Virus record (IMG/VR): IMGVR_UViG_3300047560_001714
Coordinates: 32,001-96,000 of that record
Reading direction: 5' to 3' (one strand)
Length of the DNA stretch: 64,000 bases
Origin: a virus
Shown here: positions 9,947 to 20,221 of the stretch, in pieces
Layout of the letters: the number at the start of each line of letters is the position of its first letter
Position numbering within the stretch: the first letter of the stretch is position 1
Notes under the pieces: model-generated
Databases searched by the model: none
Told to the model about the DNA's origin: nothing
Seen by the model: only the letters and a program-made list of their open reading frames with translations
Position numbers and translations under genes: made by a program

Positions 9947-12900
9947 ATGTCGATTTCGATAAACGGCAAGAATGCCGAAATACACGTATTTTCAACCCAC
10001 AACTTTTCAGGAAAATTAAACGCTAACCAAGTATTGTTGTATCTTACACCATTCAAGCTTGGGAAAGTATCAAGAAATTCATCAGCTGGTTTAACACCAG
10101 ATCGTGCTTTTAGGGAACGTTATAAAAATCAACGTTCATCAATGGCTGGAAATATGATAGCATCAGATTTCTTTGTCGTTGATAAGAATAAAGGTGAAGA
10201 ATATGATTATGATGAAGCATTTCGCAAATATATTCATATATTATTTAAAGCTGGATTAATTCCTTTCGATGCATTGTACAAAGGATATCAAAAACCTGGG
10301 CAAAATGCCGAAGCATTAATTAATTTTGACAGAGACAGCGACCTCGAAACACTTAAAGAAGTGCTCAGAAATTTCTGTGGACTTTCTGATTCGTTCAACT
10401 CAAAAGAAAGTATTAGCTGGAGATATAAACAGTTTGAGGATGCTATCGAAATTGTGGAAAAATTAGAAACACATTCTATTTGTTTATACGCAGCACATAC
10501 CGCGAGAGGGAAAACTAAAATTGCATCTGAAGTTGCCGCTAGATTATTACCAACTGGTGGTATTGTTTTAGTAACAACGCCTATCACTGATACCAAAAAA
10601 TCGTTTGAGGATAATATCAAAAACTATCATTTTGGTCCAAATAGAGATATGTCAGCAATATATCTCGATAATGCGGAATTCAATAAGTATTCTATTTCGG
10701 AATTACGTGATAAAGCAAATAATGGCGAATTAGTGTATGTTGTTCTAACAGTACAAGATGCTCGATATAACGATTCATATGATTTATCGGATGATGTGCT
10801 TCGTGAAAAATATGCGGAACTTTCTGATAACATTGATTTGTGGATTCGAGATGAACGCCATTTTCAATACAATGGTGATAAAACTAGTAAACGTCTAGCA
10901 AACATTGATGCACGATATATTCTTGACTTAACAGCAACACCATATAACGTATTAGATAAATATTCAGCAGATCAAATTATCGCTAGAACGTTACCTTGGG
11001 GATTACAACATAAAAATCATACAAAATTGCCAAATATTGCAATTAACGCAATTAACACACCATTTTGTAATGTAAATAATAATATTTCACATTTGTTTTC
11101 GACAGAGGAAGGGTTTACACCAATTAAACTATTCTTACGTCAAAATAATCAATTTTTGATGCAATCTGATATCGTTGAAACCTTTGATAGATTTTATCAT
11201 AGCCCAATAAGCCGTAATAAAAATCCATTAAGTATTATCAATGATCCAGAATTAAGTATGGTTTCAAAAAACTGTGGACTTGTTGTATTACCAGCTGGTC
11301 AAGGAAATGATAGTGCTAACAGTTATATTCCGGCGTTAGCAAAAATGTTAAACGCATCATCCAAAACATTTTTCATTGATAGTTATTCATTAGAAAAAAT
11401 GTGCCCAGATGATACCAGCATTGGCGATTATGTTGATACCTTAATTAGTAAACACGGTCGTGTGATTATTCTAACTTGTGGTAAATTTCTCACCGGTACC
11501 GATATTCCAGCTCTTGGACATATTGTACTGTTTGATAAAATGGATAGTATTTCTAGTTTTGAGCAATTACTAGGTAGAATGATTCGAAACTATGATGGAA
11601 AAGATGATGTAAAATTATATGCACTTTCACCAGGGGCATCATTACAAATAGTATTAGGTCGGTTAGCTAAGTCAAATGCTATATTAAATGAAGGCACCGA
11701 ATATGACTTTTTAGACTGCATTCCGTTAAGTGAATATGTGGCCGATAAATATGTTGTTGTTGATCCAGACACTATTATGGACTCGACCCGTGCTTGGTGT
11801 AAAGACCAAGTTAGTGTTACTTTATCAACGACACAATTGCAGTCAGCGTTAAAAAACATTGATCTTAGTTTTTTTCGTTATTCAAACTTACAGTCAGGAA
11901 TACAATCAACTGAAACCACGCTTACTGATGTGACTGGGGCGGTTGATAAAGTTCAAACCAAACCTGACCGTAAAGAATCATCGGATGACAAAATATCAAA
12001 CAATGATCTCGAAAAAGCAATTACTTTAATAAAAGCGATCTCATTAGAAGCATCTTGGGTCGCATATAGTATGAACAATTACAACTTTGAGGATGTATAT
12101 ACATCTGATGCAATCACTGGTATGTTTGGTTCCGATATCATTCAGCATTTACTTATCGTTATAAGTAATAGTGAAAAATTAGAACAACTTATCAGATCAG
12201 ATTTACTAAAAAAGCAGCAAGCATTTGCTGCGTTACCACCTAGAGAGGTTTATTCAGACCTTTTTAAAAATTCAGCAATGAAACAAAAACTAGGGTTAGT
12301 TTATGTCGATTTCGAGGTGGCCGATAAGTTAGTATCAGAAATCCCATTTGTTGACACGGATGAGTCGATAACTGTGGATCTGGTCGTATTTAATGCGTTA
12401 AATGGGACAATCCCACTGGCGATTAAAGATCGATACAGTAATGTTAATGTAACTTGTGTTGAAACATTCCCATATTTCAACGCACATTTATCACAACTCG
12501 GATTTAATGTAATTCCGTGGGATGATTTTATAACTATGAACAAGGAGGTTCATTTGAGTAAGTTTTCAGTATACGTGGGGAATCCACCATATCAACAACA
12601 AGATGGTGGGAATGGCTCTAGTGCTAAACCTATATATCAATTATTTGTAAATAAAGCAATCGAGGATGATCCCGAACACATCTTAATGATTACTCCGTCG
12701 AGATGGATGACTGGTGGTAAAGGATTAGATAAGTTTCGCGCACAAATGTTAGCCGATACTAGAATAAATGTGATTCATGATTACCATAGTTCAAAGGAAC
12801 TATTCCCAAATGTCGAAATCAAAGGTGGCGTTTGCTATTTTAGATGGGATCGAGATGGGTCAGGTGATTGCCAAATATTCCAACACTATTCAAATGGTGT

Positions 12901-13510
12901 TGTTTCTGAGGCAACCCGGCCATTAAAAGAACCCGGTAACAAGGTGTTTATTAGAAATAATGATGCAATTCAAATTTTGAAGAAAGTGCAAGCACTGAAA
13001 GAACAGTCAATGTTTGAAACAGTACACCCACGTAACCCATTTGGGCTTGTGAGTAATTTTACAAACTTTCACGAAAATGAATTTCCAAATTCAGTTAAAA
13101 CATACGCAAGACATAAAATCAGATATACCGATTATGCTGTGATTCCTAAAAATCACGAGTTAATTGAAAAGCATAAGGTTTTAGTTCCAAATGCCACTGG
13201 TTCTGGCGATGGTCTCAAAGACGTACTCAAACCAATATATGGCGAACCAGGGTCTTGCTGTACTGAAACATATATTGTAACTGGTGCATTTGATACCGAG
13301 GATGAAGCAAGAAATCTTATTTCGTATATCAATACTAAATTCTTTCATTTCATGCTTACCTTGAAAAAGAATACCCACGTAACATCTAGAAAAGAATATA
13401 TGTTTATTCCTGTTCAAGATTTTACAAAACCTTGGACCGACGAGGAATTGTTCAATAAATACGGACTAACTGATGATGAGGTCGCAAACTTGTTAGGGTC
13501 GGTAAGATGA
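9947..13510 (+). CDS. Type IIG-like restriction-modification fusion (putative nuclease, SF2 helicase-like, N6-adenine MTase, TRD)
   Basis: TARGKT, DERH, LTATPY, EQLLGRMIR helicase motifs; VGNPPY and ITPSRW Eco57I-type MTase motifs. Confidence 0.8.
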   Translation: MSISINGKNAEIHVFSTHNFSGKLNANQVLLYLTPFKLGKVSRNSSAGLTPDRAFRERYKNQRSSMAGNMIASDFFVVDKNKGEEYDYDEAFRKYIHILFKAGLIPFDALYKGYQKPGQNAEALINFDRDSDLETLKEVLRNFCGLSDSFNSKESISWRYKQFEDAIEIVEKLETHSICLYAAHTARGKTKIASEVAARLLPTGGIVLVTTPITDTKKSFEDNIKNYHFGPNRDMSAIYLDNAEFNKYSISELRDKANNGELVYVVLTVQDARYNDSYDLSDDVLREKYAELSDNIDLWIRDERHFQYNGDKTSKRLANIDARYILDLTATPYNVLDKYSADQIIARTLPWGLQHKNHTKLPNIAINAINTPFCNVNNNISHLFSTEEGFTPIKLFLRQNNQFLMQSDIVETFDRFYHSPISRNKNPLSIINDPELSMVSKNCGLVVLPAGQGNDSANSYIPALAKMLNASSKTFFIDSYSLEKMCPDDTSIGDYVDTLISKHGRVIILTCGKFLTGTDIPALGHIVLFDKMDSISSFEQLLGRMIRNYDGKDDVKLYALSPGASLQIVLGRLAKSNAILNEGTEYDFLDCIPLSEYVADKYVVVDPDTIMDSTRAWCKDQVSVTLSTTQLQSALKNIDLSFFRYSNLQSGIQSTETTLTDVTGAVDKVQTKPDRKESSDDKISNNDLEKAITLIKAISLEASWVAYSMNNYNFEDVYTSDAITGMFGSDIIQHLLIVISNSEKLEQLIRSDLLKKQQAFAALPPREVYSDLFKNSAMKQKLGLVYVDFEVADKLVSEIPFVDTDESITVDLVVFNALNGTIPLAIKDRYSNVNVTCVETFPYFNAHLSQLGFNVIPWDDFITMNKEVHLSKFSVYVGNPPYQQQDGGNGSSAKPIYQLFVNKAIEDDPEHILMITPSRWMTGGKGLDKFRAQMLADTRINVIHDYHSSKELFPNVEIKGGVCYFRWDRDGSGDCQIFQHYSNGVVSEATRPLKEPGNKVFIRNNDAIQILKKVQALKEQSMFETVHPRNPFGLVSNFTNFHENEFPNSVKTYARHKIRYTDYAVIPKNHELIEKHKVLVPNATGSGDGLKDVLKPIYGEPGSCCTETYIVTGAFDTEDEARNLISYINTKFFHFMLTLKKNTHVTSRKEYMFIPVQDFTKPWTDEELFNKYGLTDDEVANLLGSVR

Positions 13511-13914
13511 ACATAGAACAGATTATAGAACATTGCAGAAACCATGGTTATATGTCTGGGGTTGATCGTGAAGCAAGTCGTATCAGAGAAACCGCTGAGG
13601 TATTTACACCATACTTTTTAGTTAGTGAGATGTTAGATACCTTACCACAAGAACTGTTTAGTGATGCCAGTAAAACATTTATTGACAATTCGTGTGGGGA
13701 TGGGCAGTTTTTATCCGAAGTATTGATACGCAAAGTTTCAAATGGTATTGATTTTGAAACCGCATTATCGTCAATTTATGGGGTGGATTTAATGCCAGAT
13801 AATATTGAATTATGCCGAAACCGATTACTTTGCGGTCAAGAACATCTCAGACATATCGTTGAAAAAAATATAGTATGTCATGATGCATTGACATATGACT
13901 ATTCATTTAACTAA
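13507..13914 (+). CDS. Stand-alone SAM-binding half of a DNA methyltransferase
   Basis: AEVFTP, FIDNSCGDGQFL (motif I), YGVDLMPDN; ends without NPPY. Confidence 0.8.
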   Translation: MNIEQIIEHCRNHGYMSGVDREASRIRETAEVFTPYFLVSEMLDTLPQELFSDASKTFIDNSCGDGQFLSEVLIRKVSNGIDFETALSSIYGVDLMPDNIELCRNRLLCGQEHLRHIVEKNIVCHDALTYDYSFN

Positions 13915-14069
13915 GATAAATAATGATGGATTTAGAAATAAATCCATCAAATATTTCTTGACAAAATTTATTAATTATTTTATAATAATGATAAATAAAA
14001 TTAGTAAACGCCGATTGGGTTTACAAAACTGGCATAGTGCCAAACAACTCGCTTAATAGGAGAATTACA

Positions 14070-15980
14070 ATGAGTAAAATTATAGGTATTGACTTAGGTA
14101 CAACAAATTCGTGTGTTGCCATTTTAGAAAATGGTGTTTCAAAAGTTATTGAAAATTCTGAAGGCACGAGAACAACCCCCTCAATCATTGCATATACTGA
14201 CAATGAAATCTTAGTTGGTGCTGCGGCGAAACGCCAAGCAGTTACTAACCCAAAAAATACAATTTATGCTGCAAAACGCTTAATTGGACGTAAGTTCGAA
14301 GAAGATGCAGTTCAAAAAGACATCTCACTTATGCCATATGCAATCGTCAAAGCCGACAACGGTGACGCTTGGATTGAAGCAAATGGTGAAAAACTTGCAC
14401 CCCCACAAATTTCCGCTGAAGTACTTCGTAAAATGAAAAAAACCGCTGAGGATTATCTTGGCACCGAGGTCACTCAAGCTGTTATTACTGTTCCTGCTTA
14501 CTTTAACGATTCACAACGCCAAGCAACAAAAGATGCTGGTCGTATCGCTGGATTAGAAGTATTACGTATTATCAATGAACCAACTGCGGCGGCATTGGCC
14601 TATGGTGTTGACAAAACTGATAATAAAGATCGTAAGATTGCGGTTTACGATTTGGGTGGTGGTACATTTGACATCTCAATCATTGAAATCGCTAACATCG
14701 ATGGTGAAAAACAAATCGAGGTATTATCAACAAACGGTGATACTTTCTTAGGTGGTGAGGATTTTGATCAAAGACTAATGGATTATTTGGTCGATGAATT
14801 CAAAAAAGACACCGCTGTCGATTTAAAAAATGATACGATGGCATTGCAACGATTAAAAGAGGCTGCTGAAAAAGCAAAAATCGAATTATCGTCATCAGAA
14901 CAAACTGATGTAAATTTACCATACATCACAGCAGATGCATCTGGTCCAAAACATCTAAACGTCAAAATCACTCGTGCTAAATTCGAAGCACTGGTTGAAG
15001 ATTTGATCGAACGTAGTATTACACCATGTAAAATCGCTATCAAAGATGCTAAAGTTAGTTTAAGTGATATCGATGAAGTTATTTTAGTCGGTGGTCAAAC
15101 TCGTATGCCAAAAGTACAAGCGGCGGTTGAAGCGTTGTTTGGAAAATCCCCACGTAAAGATGTTAATCCAGATGAAGCTGTCGCGGCTGGTGCAGCTGTA
15201 CAAGGTGCGGTATTAGCTGGCGATAAAACAGACGTGTTATTGTTAGACGTAACACCATTAAGTTTGGGTATTGAAACAATGGGCGGTGTATTCACCAAAT
15301 TGATTCAAAAAAATACCACTATCCCAACTAAAGCAAGTCAAACCTTCTCGACAGCCGATGATAATCAACCAGCGGTAACTATCAAAGTTGCGCAAGGTGA
15401 ACGTGAGTTATATCAATATAACAAACAGCTCGGTGAATTCAACCTTGACGGTATCAACCCAGCACCCCGTGGTGTACCACAAATTGAGGTAACGTTCGAT
15501 ATCGATGCAAATGGTATTATGCACATTTCAGCATCCGATAAAGCAACTGGAAAGAAAAACCATATTACTATTAAATCAGATTCTGGCTTATCAGAGGACG
15601 AAATTACACGTATGGTTAGAGATGCTGAGGAAAACGCGGAGGCTGATAAAAAAGCTAAAGAATTGATTGAAGCTCGCAACCAAACAGAAGCACAACTTCA
15701 TAGTATTCAAAAAGATTACAATGAAGTTAAAGATGAACTATCTGATGATGAAAAAGCGGCGATTGATGAAGCTATCACCAACGTGAATACTGCGGTAACT
15801 AGCGATGATATTGAGAAAATGAAAGAGTCAACATCAAAGCTAATGGAATCAGCAACCCCAGTTTTTGCTAAAAAGCAAGAAAAAGCCTCAGCACAAGAGC
15901 CAACATCATCCGATGAGGTTCCTATCCAAGCTGAGTTTACTGAGGTTGAAACCCCAAATTCTACTGAAGATAAAAAATAA
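14070..15980 (+). CDS. dnaK: Molecular chaperone DnaK (Hsp70)
   Basis: [27 protein letters not shown], proteobacterial-type sequence; AGGAG SD. Confidence 0.98.
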   Translation: MSKIIGIDLGTTNSCVAILENGVSKVIENSEGTRTTPSIIAYTDNEILVGAAAKRQAVTNPKNTIYAAKRLIGRKFEEDAVQKDISLMPYAIVKADNGDAWIEANGEKLAPPQISAEVLRKMKKTAEDYLGTEVTQAVITVPAYFNDSQRQATKDAGRIAGLEVLRIINEPTAAALAYGVDKTDNKDRKIAVYDLGGGTFDISIIEIANIDGEKQIEVLSTNGDTFLGGEDFDQRLMDYLVDEFKKDTAVDLKNDTMALQRLKEAAEKAKIELSSSEQTDVNLPYITADASGPKHLNVKITRAKFEALVEDLIERSITPCKIAIKDAKVSLSDIDEVILVGGQTRMPKVQAAVEALFGKSPRKDVNPDEAVAAGAAVQGAVLAGDKTDVLLLDVTPLSLGIETMGGVFTKLIQKNTTIPTKASQTFSTADDNQPAVTIKVAQGERELYQYNKQLGEFNLDGINPAPRGVPQIEVTFDIDANGIMHISASDKATGKKNHITIKSDSGLSEDEITRMVRDAEENAEADKKAKELIEARNQTEAQLHSIQKDYNEVKDELSDDEKAAIDEAITNVNTAVTSDDIEKMKESTSKLMESATPVFAKKQEKASAQEPTSSDEVPIQAEFTEVETPNSTEDKK

Positions 15981-16045
15981 TACCAAGTGTAATATTGCCC
16001 CTAGAATGGGTATTCTAGGGGTTCTCTTGTAAAGGATTTTTAGTT

Positions 16046-16474
16046 ATGACTCCAACAGTAAAGGTAATCGATACCGCAACATTAGCACAATTAAGCAGAG
16101 CACTTATCGGATTTGACCGTATATTTAATAATATAGAATCAAGAAACTCATCGAGTAATTATCCACCATATAACATTCTTAAATATGATGAAAACAACTA
16201 CGAAATTGAAATCGCGGTTGCCGGATATGATAGAGATGAAATCGAGGTATTAGTCGATCAAGATCAATTAATAATTCGTGGTGACCGTCGTAAAGATGAA
16301 GACCCATCATTGTATATTCATCGTGGATTGGCATCACGCGCATTTGAAAAGTCATTTACACTTCCACAATATATGGAAGTCGTAAATGTAGGGTTGACGA
16401 ATGGAATTTTATATGTTAAACTGCTCCTCGAAGTTCCAGAAACGCTTAAACCGCGTATTTTAAAAATACAATAA
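16046..16474 (+). CDS. Small heat shock protein Hsp20 (IbpA-like)
   Basis: NYPPYNI, EIAVAGY, YIHRGLASRAF, LTNGIL. Confidence 0.93.
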   Translation: MTPTVKVIDTATLAQLSRALIGFDRIFNNIESRNSSSNYPPYNILKYDENNYEIEIAVAGYDRDEIEVLVDQDQLIIRGDRRKDEDPSLYIHRGLASRAFEKSFTLPQYMEVVNVGLTNGILYVKLLLEVPETLKPRILKIQ

Positions 16475-16525
16475 TTTTTTCAACTGAGGGGGATTTCCCC
16501 CTCACCTTTTATGGGGATACACATT

Positions 16526-16828
16526 ATGTCTACTGACATCGCAGTTAAAGAACGCACACGAATTAAAATCTCAGAACCTAAAAAATGGAGTGTAATCATT
16601 TTAAATGATGACCACACCTCATTTGAATTTGTTATTTCCATGTTAATTCAAGTTTTCAACCATTCTATCGATTCGGCAAATGAAGTAACAAAATCAGTAC
16701 ACGAACAAGGCGCTGGTGTAGCTGGGGTTTATGATTTTGAAATTGCGGAGGTTAAAGCCGTTGAAGCAACTAAAATGGCACGTGAAAATGGGTTTCCATT
16801 GCAAATTAAAATCGAAAGCGAGGGTTAA
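16526..16828 (+). CDS. clpS: ATP-dependent Clp protease adaptor ClpS
   Basis: VIILNDDHTSFEFV, VHEQGAGVAGVY, FPLQIKIE. Confidence 0.92.
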   Translation: MSTDIAVKERTRIKISEPKKWSVIILNDDHTSFEFVISMLIQVFNHSIDSANEVTKSVHEQGAGVAGVYDFEIAEVKAVEATKMARENGFPLQIKIESEG

Positions 16829-17362
16829 ATGAGTTTAAAAGAAATCACAAAAGAATTGCACACAGAAGCCGAGAAATCGGCTTTTGCTAAACTATTGTTA
16901 AGTGGTAATATTACCAAAGAAAAGTATGTGCAATACTTAACAGAAATGCAACCAATTTATCAGTTGATTGAAAAACACGCATCCGCACAAGGGATATTAG
17001 ACACCTTGCCTGGTATTAAACGTGCTAATGCTATTTTAGAAGATATCAGAGAGCTGTCAGATGTTGTACCATCCTCTGTGTTAAAACCAACCGTTGATTA
17101 TCTTATATACTTAGATAAATTATGTGAGGACGTGGCGACTAAACACCTAATTAAAGCTCATCTATATGTCAGACATATGGGCGACTTATTTGGTGGTCAA
17201 TTCATTGCAAAAAAAGTTCCGGGTTCTGGTAAGTTTTACCAATTTGATAACCCAGATGAACTGAAAGTTGCCATTAGAGAGTTGCTCACAGATGATCTAG
17301 GGGATGAAGCGAAAGTTGCATTCCAATGGGCAATAAAAATTATGGATGCGCTCGGTGAGTAA
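16829..17362 (+). CDS. Heme oxygenase (HemO/Ho1-like)
   Basis: LKEITKELHTEAE, AHLYVRHMGDLFGGQ, AFQWA. Confidence 0.92.
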   Translation: MSLKEITKELHTEAEKSAFAKLLLSGNITKEKYVQYLTEMQPIYQLIEKHASAQGILDTLPGIKRANAILEDIRELSDVVPSSVLKPTVDYLIYLDKLCEDVATKHLIKAHLYVRHMGDLFGGQFIAKKVPGSGKFYQFDNPDELKVAIRELLTDDLGDEAKVAFQWAIKIMDALGE

Positions 17363-18032
17363 CGTTTGGGATACCTTAGTATCAATTCAAATACATTTTG
17401 AAAAAATGATTGGTACTAACGGTATAGAAATCAACGAAAAAGGCATGGATAGATTCAACCAACCTGGTTGGATTAACCGTGTCTGGACCAGTGAAGCATT
17501 TCGTAGAGCGCACATTGATGTTGTGGATGCTAGAGAGAGTAAAGGGTTGTGGATGATGCATTGTTGTATTTTTCCACACACTCATAATGCGGCACCAATA
17601 TTTGGGTTTGACGTTGTTGCAGGTCGAAATAAAATCACTGGCTGTTTTTATGATTTTAGCCCATCTGGTTCATCAAATCACGAAATGGCGGAATGGTTTG
17701 ATGAAAGTGTTAAAGATCTTGAGTGGAAAAAGACACGCGAATTACCACCTTGGGCTGAACGTATTTTTAGTCATAATATGATTGCGGCAAGTAATGTTCA
17801 ATCAGATGATGAATTAAAACAGATCCACGAAATGGCAACATCTGGTATTGATTTCTATCTACAACAAGTTGGTACGTATAACAATACCACAAAAGATGTT
17901 ACCGCGTTGCATAACTTTTATGCACAGAACCAAAAACAAAATCCACATACCCCAAAAGTTATGGCAGCACTTGGGTTAGATGAGGATGATGTTAAGGTGT
18001 TCATCAATGACTGTCTGTTCCCAGAACTCTAA
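17355..18032 (+). CDS. Ferredoxin-dependent bilin reductase (PcyA/PcyX family)
   Basis: RRAHIDVVD, MMHCCIFP, PIFGFDVVAG, RELPPWAERIFS, QKQNPHTPKVM; probable GTG start overlapping the heme oxygenase stop. Confidence 0.88.
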   Translation: MSNVWDTLVSIQIHFEKMIGTNGIEINEKGMDRFNQPGWINRVWTSEAFRRAHIDVVDARESKGLWMMHCCIFPHTHNAAPIFGFDVVAGRNKITGCFYDFSPSGSSNHEMAEWFDESVKDLEWKKTRELPPWAERIFSHNMIAASNVQSDDELKQIHEMATSGIDFYLQQVGTYNNTTKDVTALHNFYAQNQKQNPHTPKVMAALGLDEDDVKVFINDCLFPEL

Positions 18033-18054
18033 TTAACTACTAGTTTTATTATAT

Positions 18055-18088
18055 AAAGCTCCTTCTTAAATAATTAAGAAGGAGCTTT
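18055..18088 (+). terminator. 15-bp hairpin acting as terminator and masking a late promoter and SD
   Basis: AAAGCTCCTTCTTAA-ataa-TTAAGAAGGAGCTTT; TAAATA at 18067-72; AAGGAG in the 3' arm; U-run follows. Confidence 0.75.
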
Positions 18089-18092
18089 TTTT

Positions 18093-18572
18093 ATGACTAA
18101 AATTATAGGTTTATTACTTATACTTGTTTGTTCGCAAGCACTATCCGCCGAATTGGTACATCAATTTAATAGTCCATCATTTAGTGGTATTGGTTACAGT
18201 GCGCACGTACTTACTATAAACCAATTAGAAAATCAAGCGGCAGATAAAAATAAAGCATTAGCTGATTCTATAAAAGCAAAGGCGGAGGCGGCAGCATTGA
18301 ATACCCCCGAAGCTAAATTCTTGGCTAACTTAGAATCTAGAATATACTCACAACTCGCAAAACAATTAACTGATACTATGTTTAGCGAGGGAAATACTTG
18401 TAATATCCCAGGAACAGTTTGTGGCTCAATACCAGATTTGGGCGGAAACCATGTTACATGGAGTTTGGGCGCAGGGACTGATCAAGGAATGATAATCATT
18501 GATATTGTCAATAACTCTAACCCAGCGCAAACAACGTCGATGAAGGTACCATCCGGTTCATTTTACTTTTAA
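18093..18572 (+). CDS. Curli assembly protein CsgF-like
   Basis: Signal peptide then ELVHQFNSPSFSG; KFLANLESRIYSQLAKQL. Confidence 0.8.
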   Translation: MTKIIGLLLILVCSQALSAELVHQFNSPSFSGIGYSAHVLTINQLENQAADKNKALADSIKAKAEAAALNTPEAKFLANLESRIYSQLAKQLTDTMFSEGNTCNIPGTVCGSIPDLGGNHVTWSLGAGTDQGMIIIDIVNNSNPAQTTSMKVPSGSFYF

Positions 18573-18574
18573 CT

Positions 18575-19405
18575 ATGAAAAAAATTATACTATTATTCGT
18601 TATATTAATATTACAAGGGTGTGCAACAACAAGTGAATTGCATAAATTAATTACTGGCGATCAATTCGATGATCCAGTGATTGAAAAGCAATCTTATCTT
18701 ATCAAAGACGAAAGTTGGATTGCACCACCAACAAATGGGGCAATTCCAATTGCAGTGTATGGGTTTGTGGATAAAACTGGGCAACGTAAAGCTGTCCCTA
18801 ATATCGCATCCTTAAGTTCGGCTGTTACACAAGGTGCAGAAAGTTATTTGATTAAGTCGTTACAAGACGTGGGTGAATCAAAATGGTTCACTGTGGTTGA
18901 ACGAGTTGGTCTGGATAATTTAATTAAAGAACGACAAATGATTCGTCAGACTAGAGAACAATTCCAAGGCCGTGATGCACAACAATTACCAGCAATGACA
19001 TTTGCGGGAATAATTGCCGAAGGTGCTATCGTCGGTTATGATTCTAACACAACCACTGGTGGTGCTGGCGTCAGATTATTTGGAATCGGTGGTGAAACTC
19101 AGTATCAAAGCGACACAGTCACTGTTAGTTTAAGAACAGTATCAGTTACGTCTGGTGAAATATTAACATCAGTGTTAGTAACAAAAACAGTATTGAGTTA
19201 CGTGGATAAAGCTGGTGTATTAAAATTTGCTGCATCAGGTACATCAGCAATAGAGGCCGAGGTCGGTGGAAGTATAAATGAAAGTATAAACAGAGCAACC
19301 AATAAAGCGATCCAAGCTGCAGTACTCGATACAATTAAAGAAGGGGCGCGTAAAGGTCACTGGGCAATTCAATCTGTTCCAAATCCTTACGTATTAAACC
19401 ATTAA
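18575..19405 (+). CDS. Curli secretion channel CsgG-like lipoprotein
   Basis: Lipobox LQGC, FVDKTGQRK, WFTVVERVGLDNLIKERQMIR, GAIVGYD. Confidence 0.9.
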   Translation: MKKIILLFVILILQGCATTSELHKLITGDQFDDPVIEKQSYLIKDESWIAPPTNGAIPIAVYGFVDKTGQRKAVPNIASLSSAVTQGAESYLIKSLQDVGESKWFTVVERVGLDNLIKERQMIRQTREQFQGRDAQQLPAMTFAGIIAEGAIVGYDSNTTTGGAGVRLFGIGGETQYQSDTVTVSLRTVSVTSGEILTSVLVTKTVLSYVDKAGVLKFAASGTSAIEAEVGGSINESINRATNKAIQAAVLDTIKEGARKGHWAIQSVPNPYVLNH

Positions 19406-19441
19406 GGAGCATTGGCAAATAATATTGTTCAATGATAATAA

Positions 19442-20221
19442 ATGAAAACATTAACATTATTTCTACTTTCGATTTTATTTTTTTCTAACGCGTATGGCGC
19501 GGCAGCTGGTGAAAATAAAGTATATATAGAGCAAGCTGGTAACACCAATACCATTACAATAGACCAAATAGGTGGTGGTAATATGGTCGGAGGTACAACC
19601 TCAACAACAATAGCCGTGAATGGCGCAGGGGTGACAACTATCACACCTGCTAGTCCTAGTTCATCTAACTACGCGTTGATAACTGGGAATACAAATAGTT
19701 TAACATTAAACCACTTAGGTGATACTAACTGGGCTCAATATGTCATTACTGGGAGTAATAATATCTACTCTAATAAAATTACTGGGAATAGTAATATATC
19801 AATTCTAACAATCGGAAAAGTATTACCAACTCCTATGGCAAATCTTAGAAATAATATAAATGAAGAAATAATTGGTAATACTAATTATACAATCCAATCT
19901 ATTTCCAATGATGATATTATTAGTAACTTAAAAATAACCGGCGATCAAAACCAAGTTACCACAGACTTAGGTTCTAGTTTTGGAAAAGTAAATACAGTTA
20001 TCACAGGCGGAAATAATATTCTATTCAATACTCAAGCTGGTGTTGCTACTGGTCATGATCTTACTCAAGATATTCTAGGCAGTTTTAACTCAATATCAAC
20101 TCAACAGTTGGGTGTAAATGATTCCATAATAGATATTAAAGTTAATGGCGATCATAATACGATTACAGTTCATTCAAGTGATAGCACTATTGCGTCACCA
20201 TTAATTGCAACACCACGATAA
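19442..20221 (+). CDS. Secreted curlin-like beta-repeat protein
   Basis: Signal peptide; repeated xIxQxGxxN and ITGxxN motifs. Confidence 0.7.
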   Translation: MKTLTLFLLSILFFSNAYGAAAGENKVYIEQAGNTNTITIDQIGGGNMVGGTTSTTIAVNGAGVTTITPASPSSSNYALITGNTNSLTLNHLGDTNWAQYVITGSNNIYSNKITGNSNISILTIGKVLPTPMANLRNNINEEIIGNTNYTIQSISNDDIISNLKITGDQNQVTTDLGSSFGKVNTVITGGNNILFNTQAGVATGHDLTQDILGSFNSISTQQLGVNDSIIDIKVNGDHNTITVHSSDSTIASPLIATPR

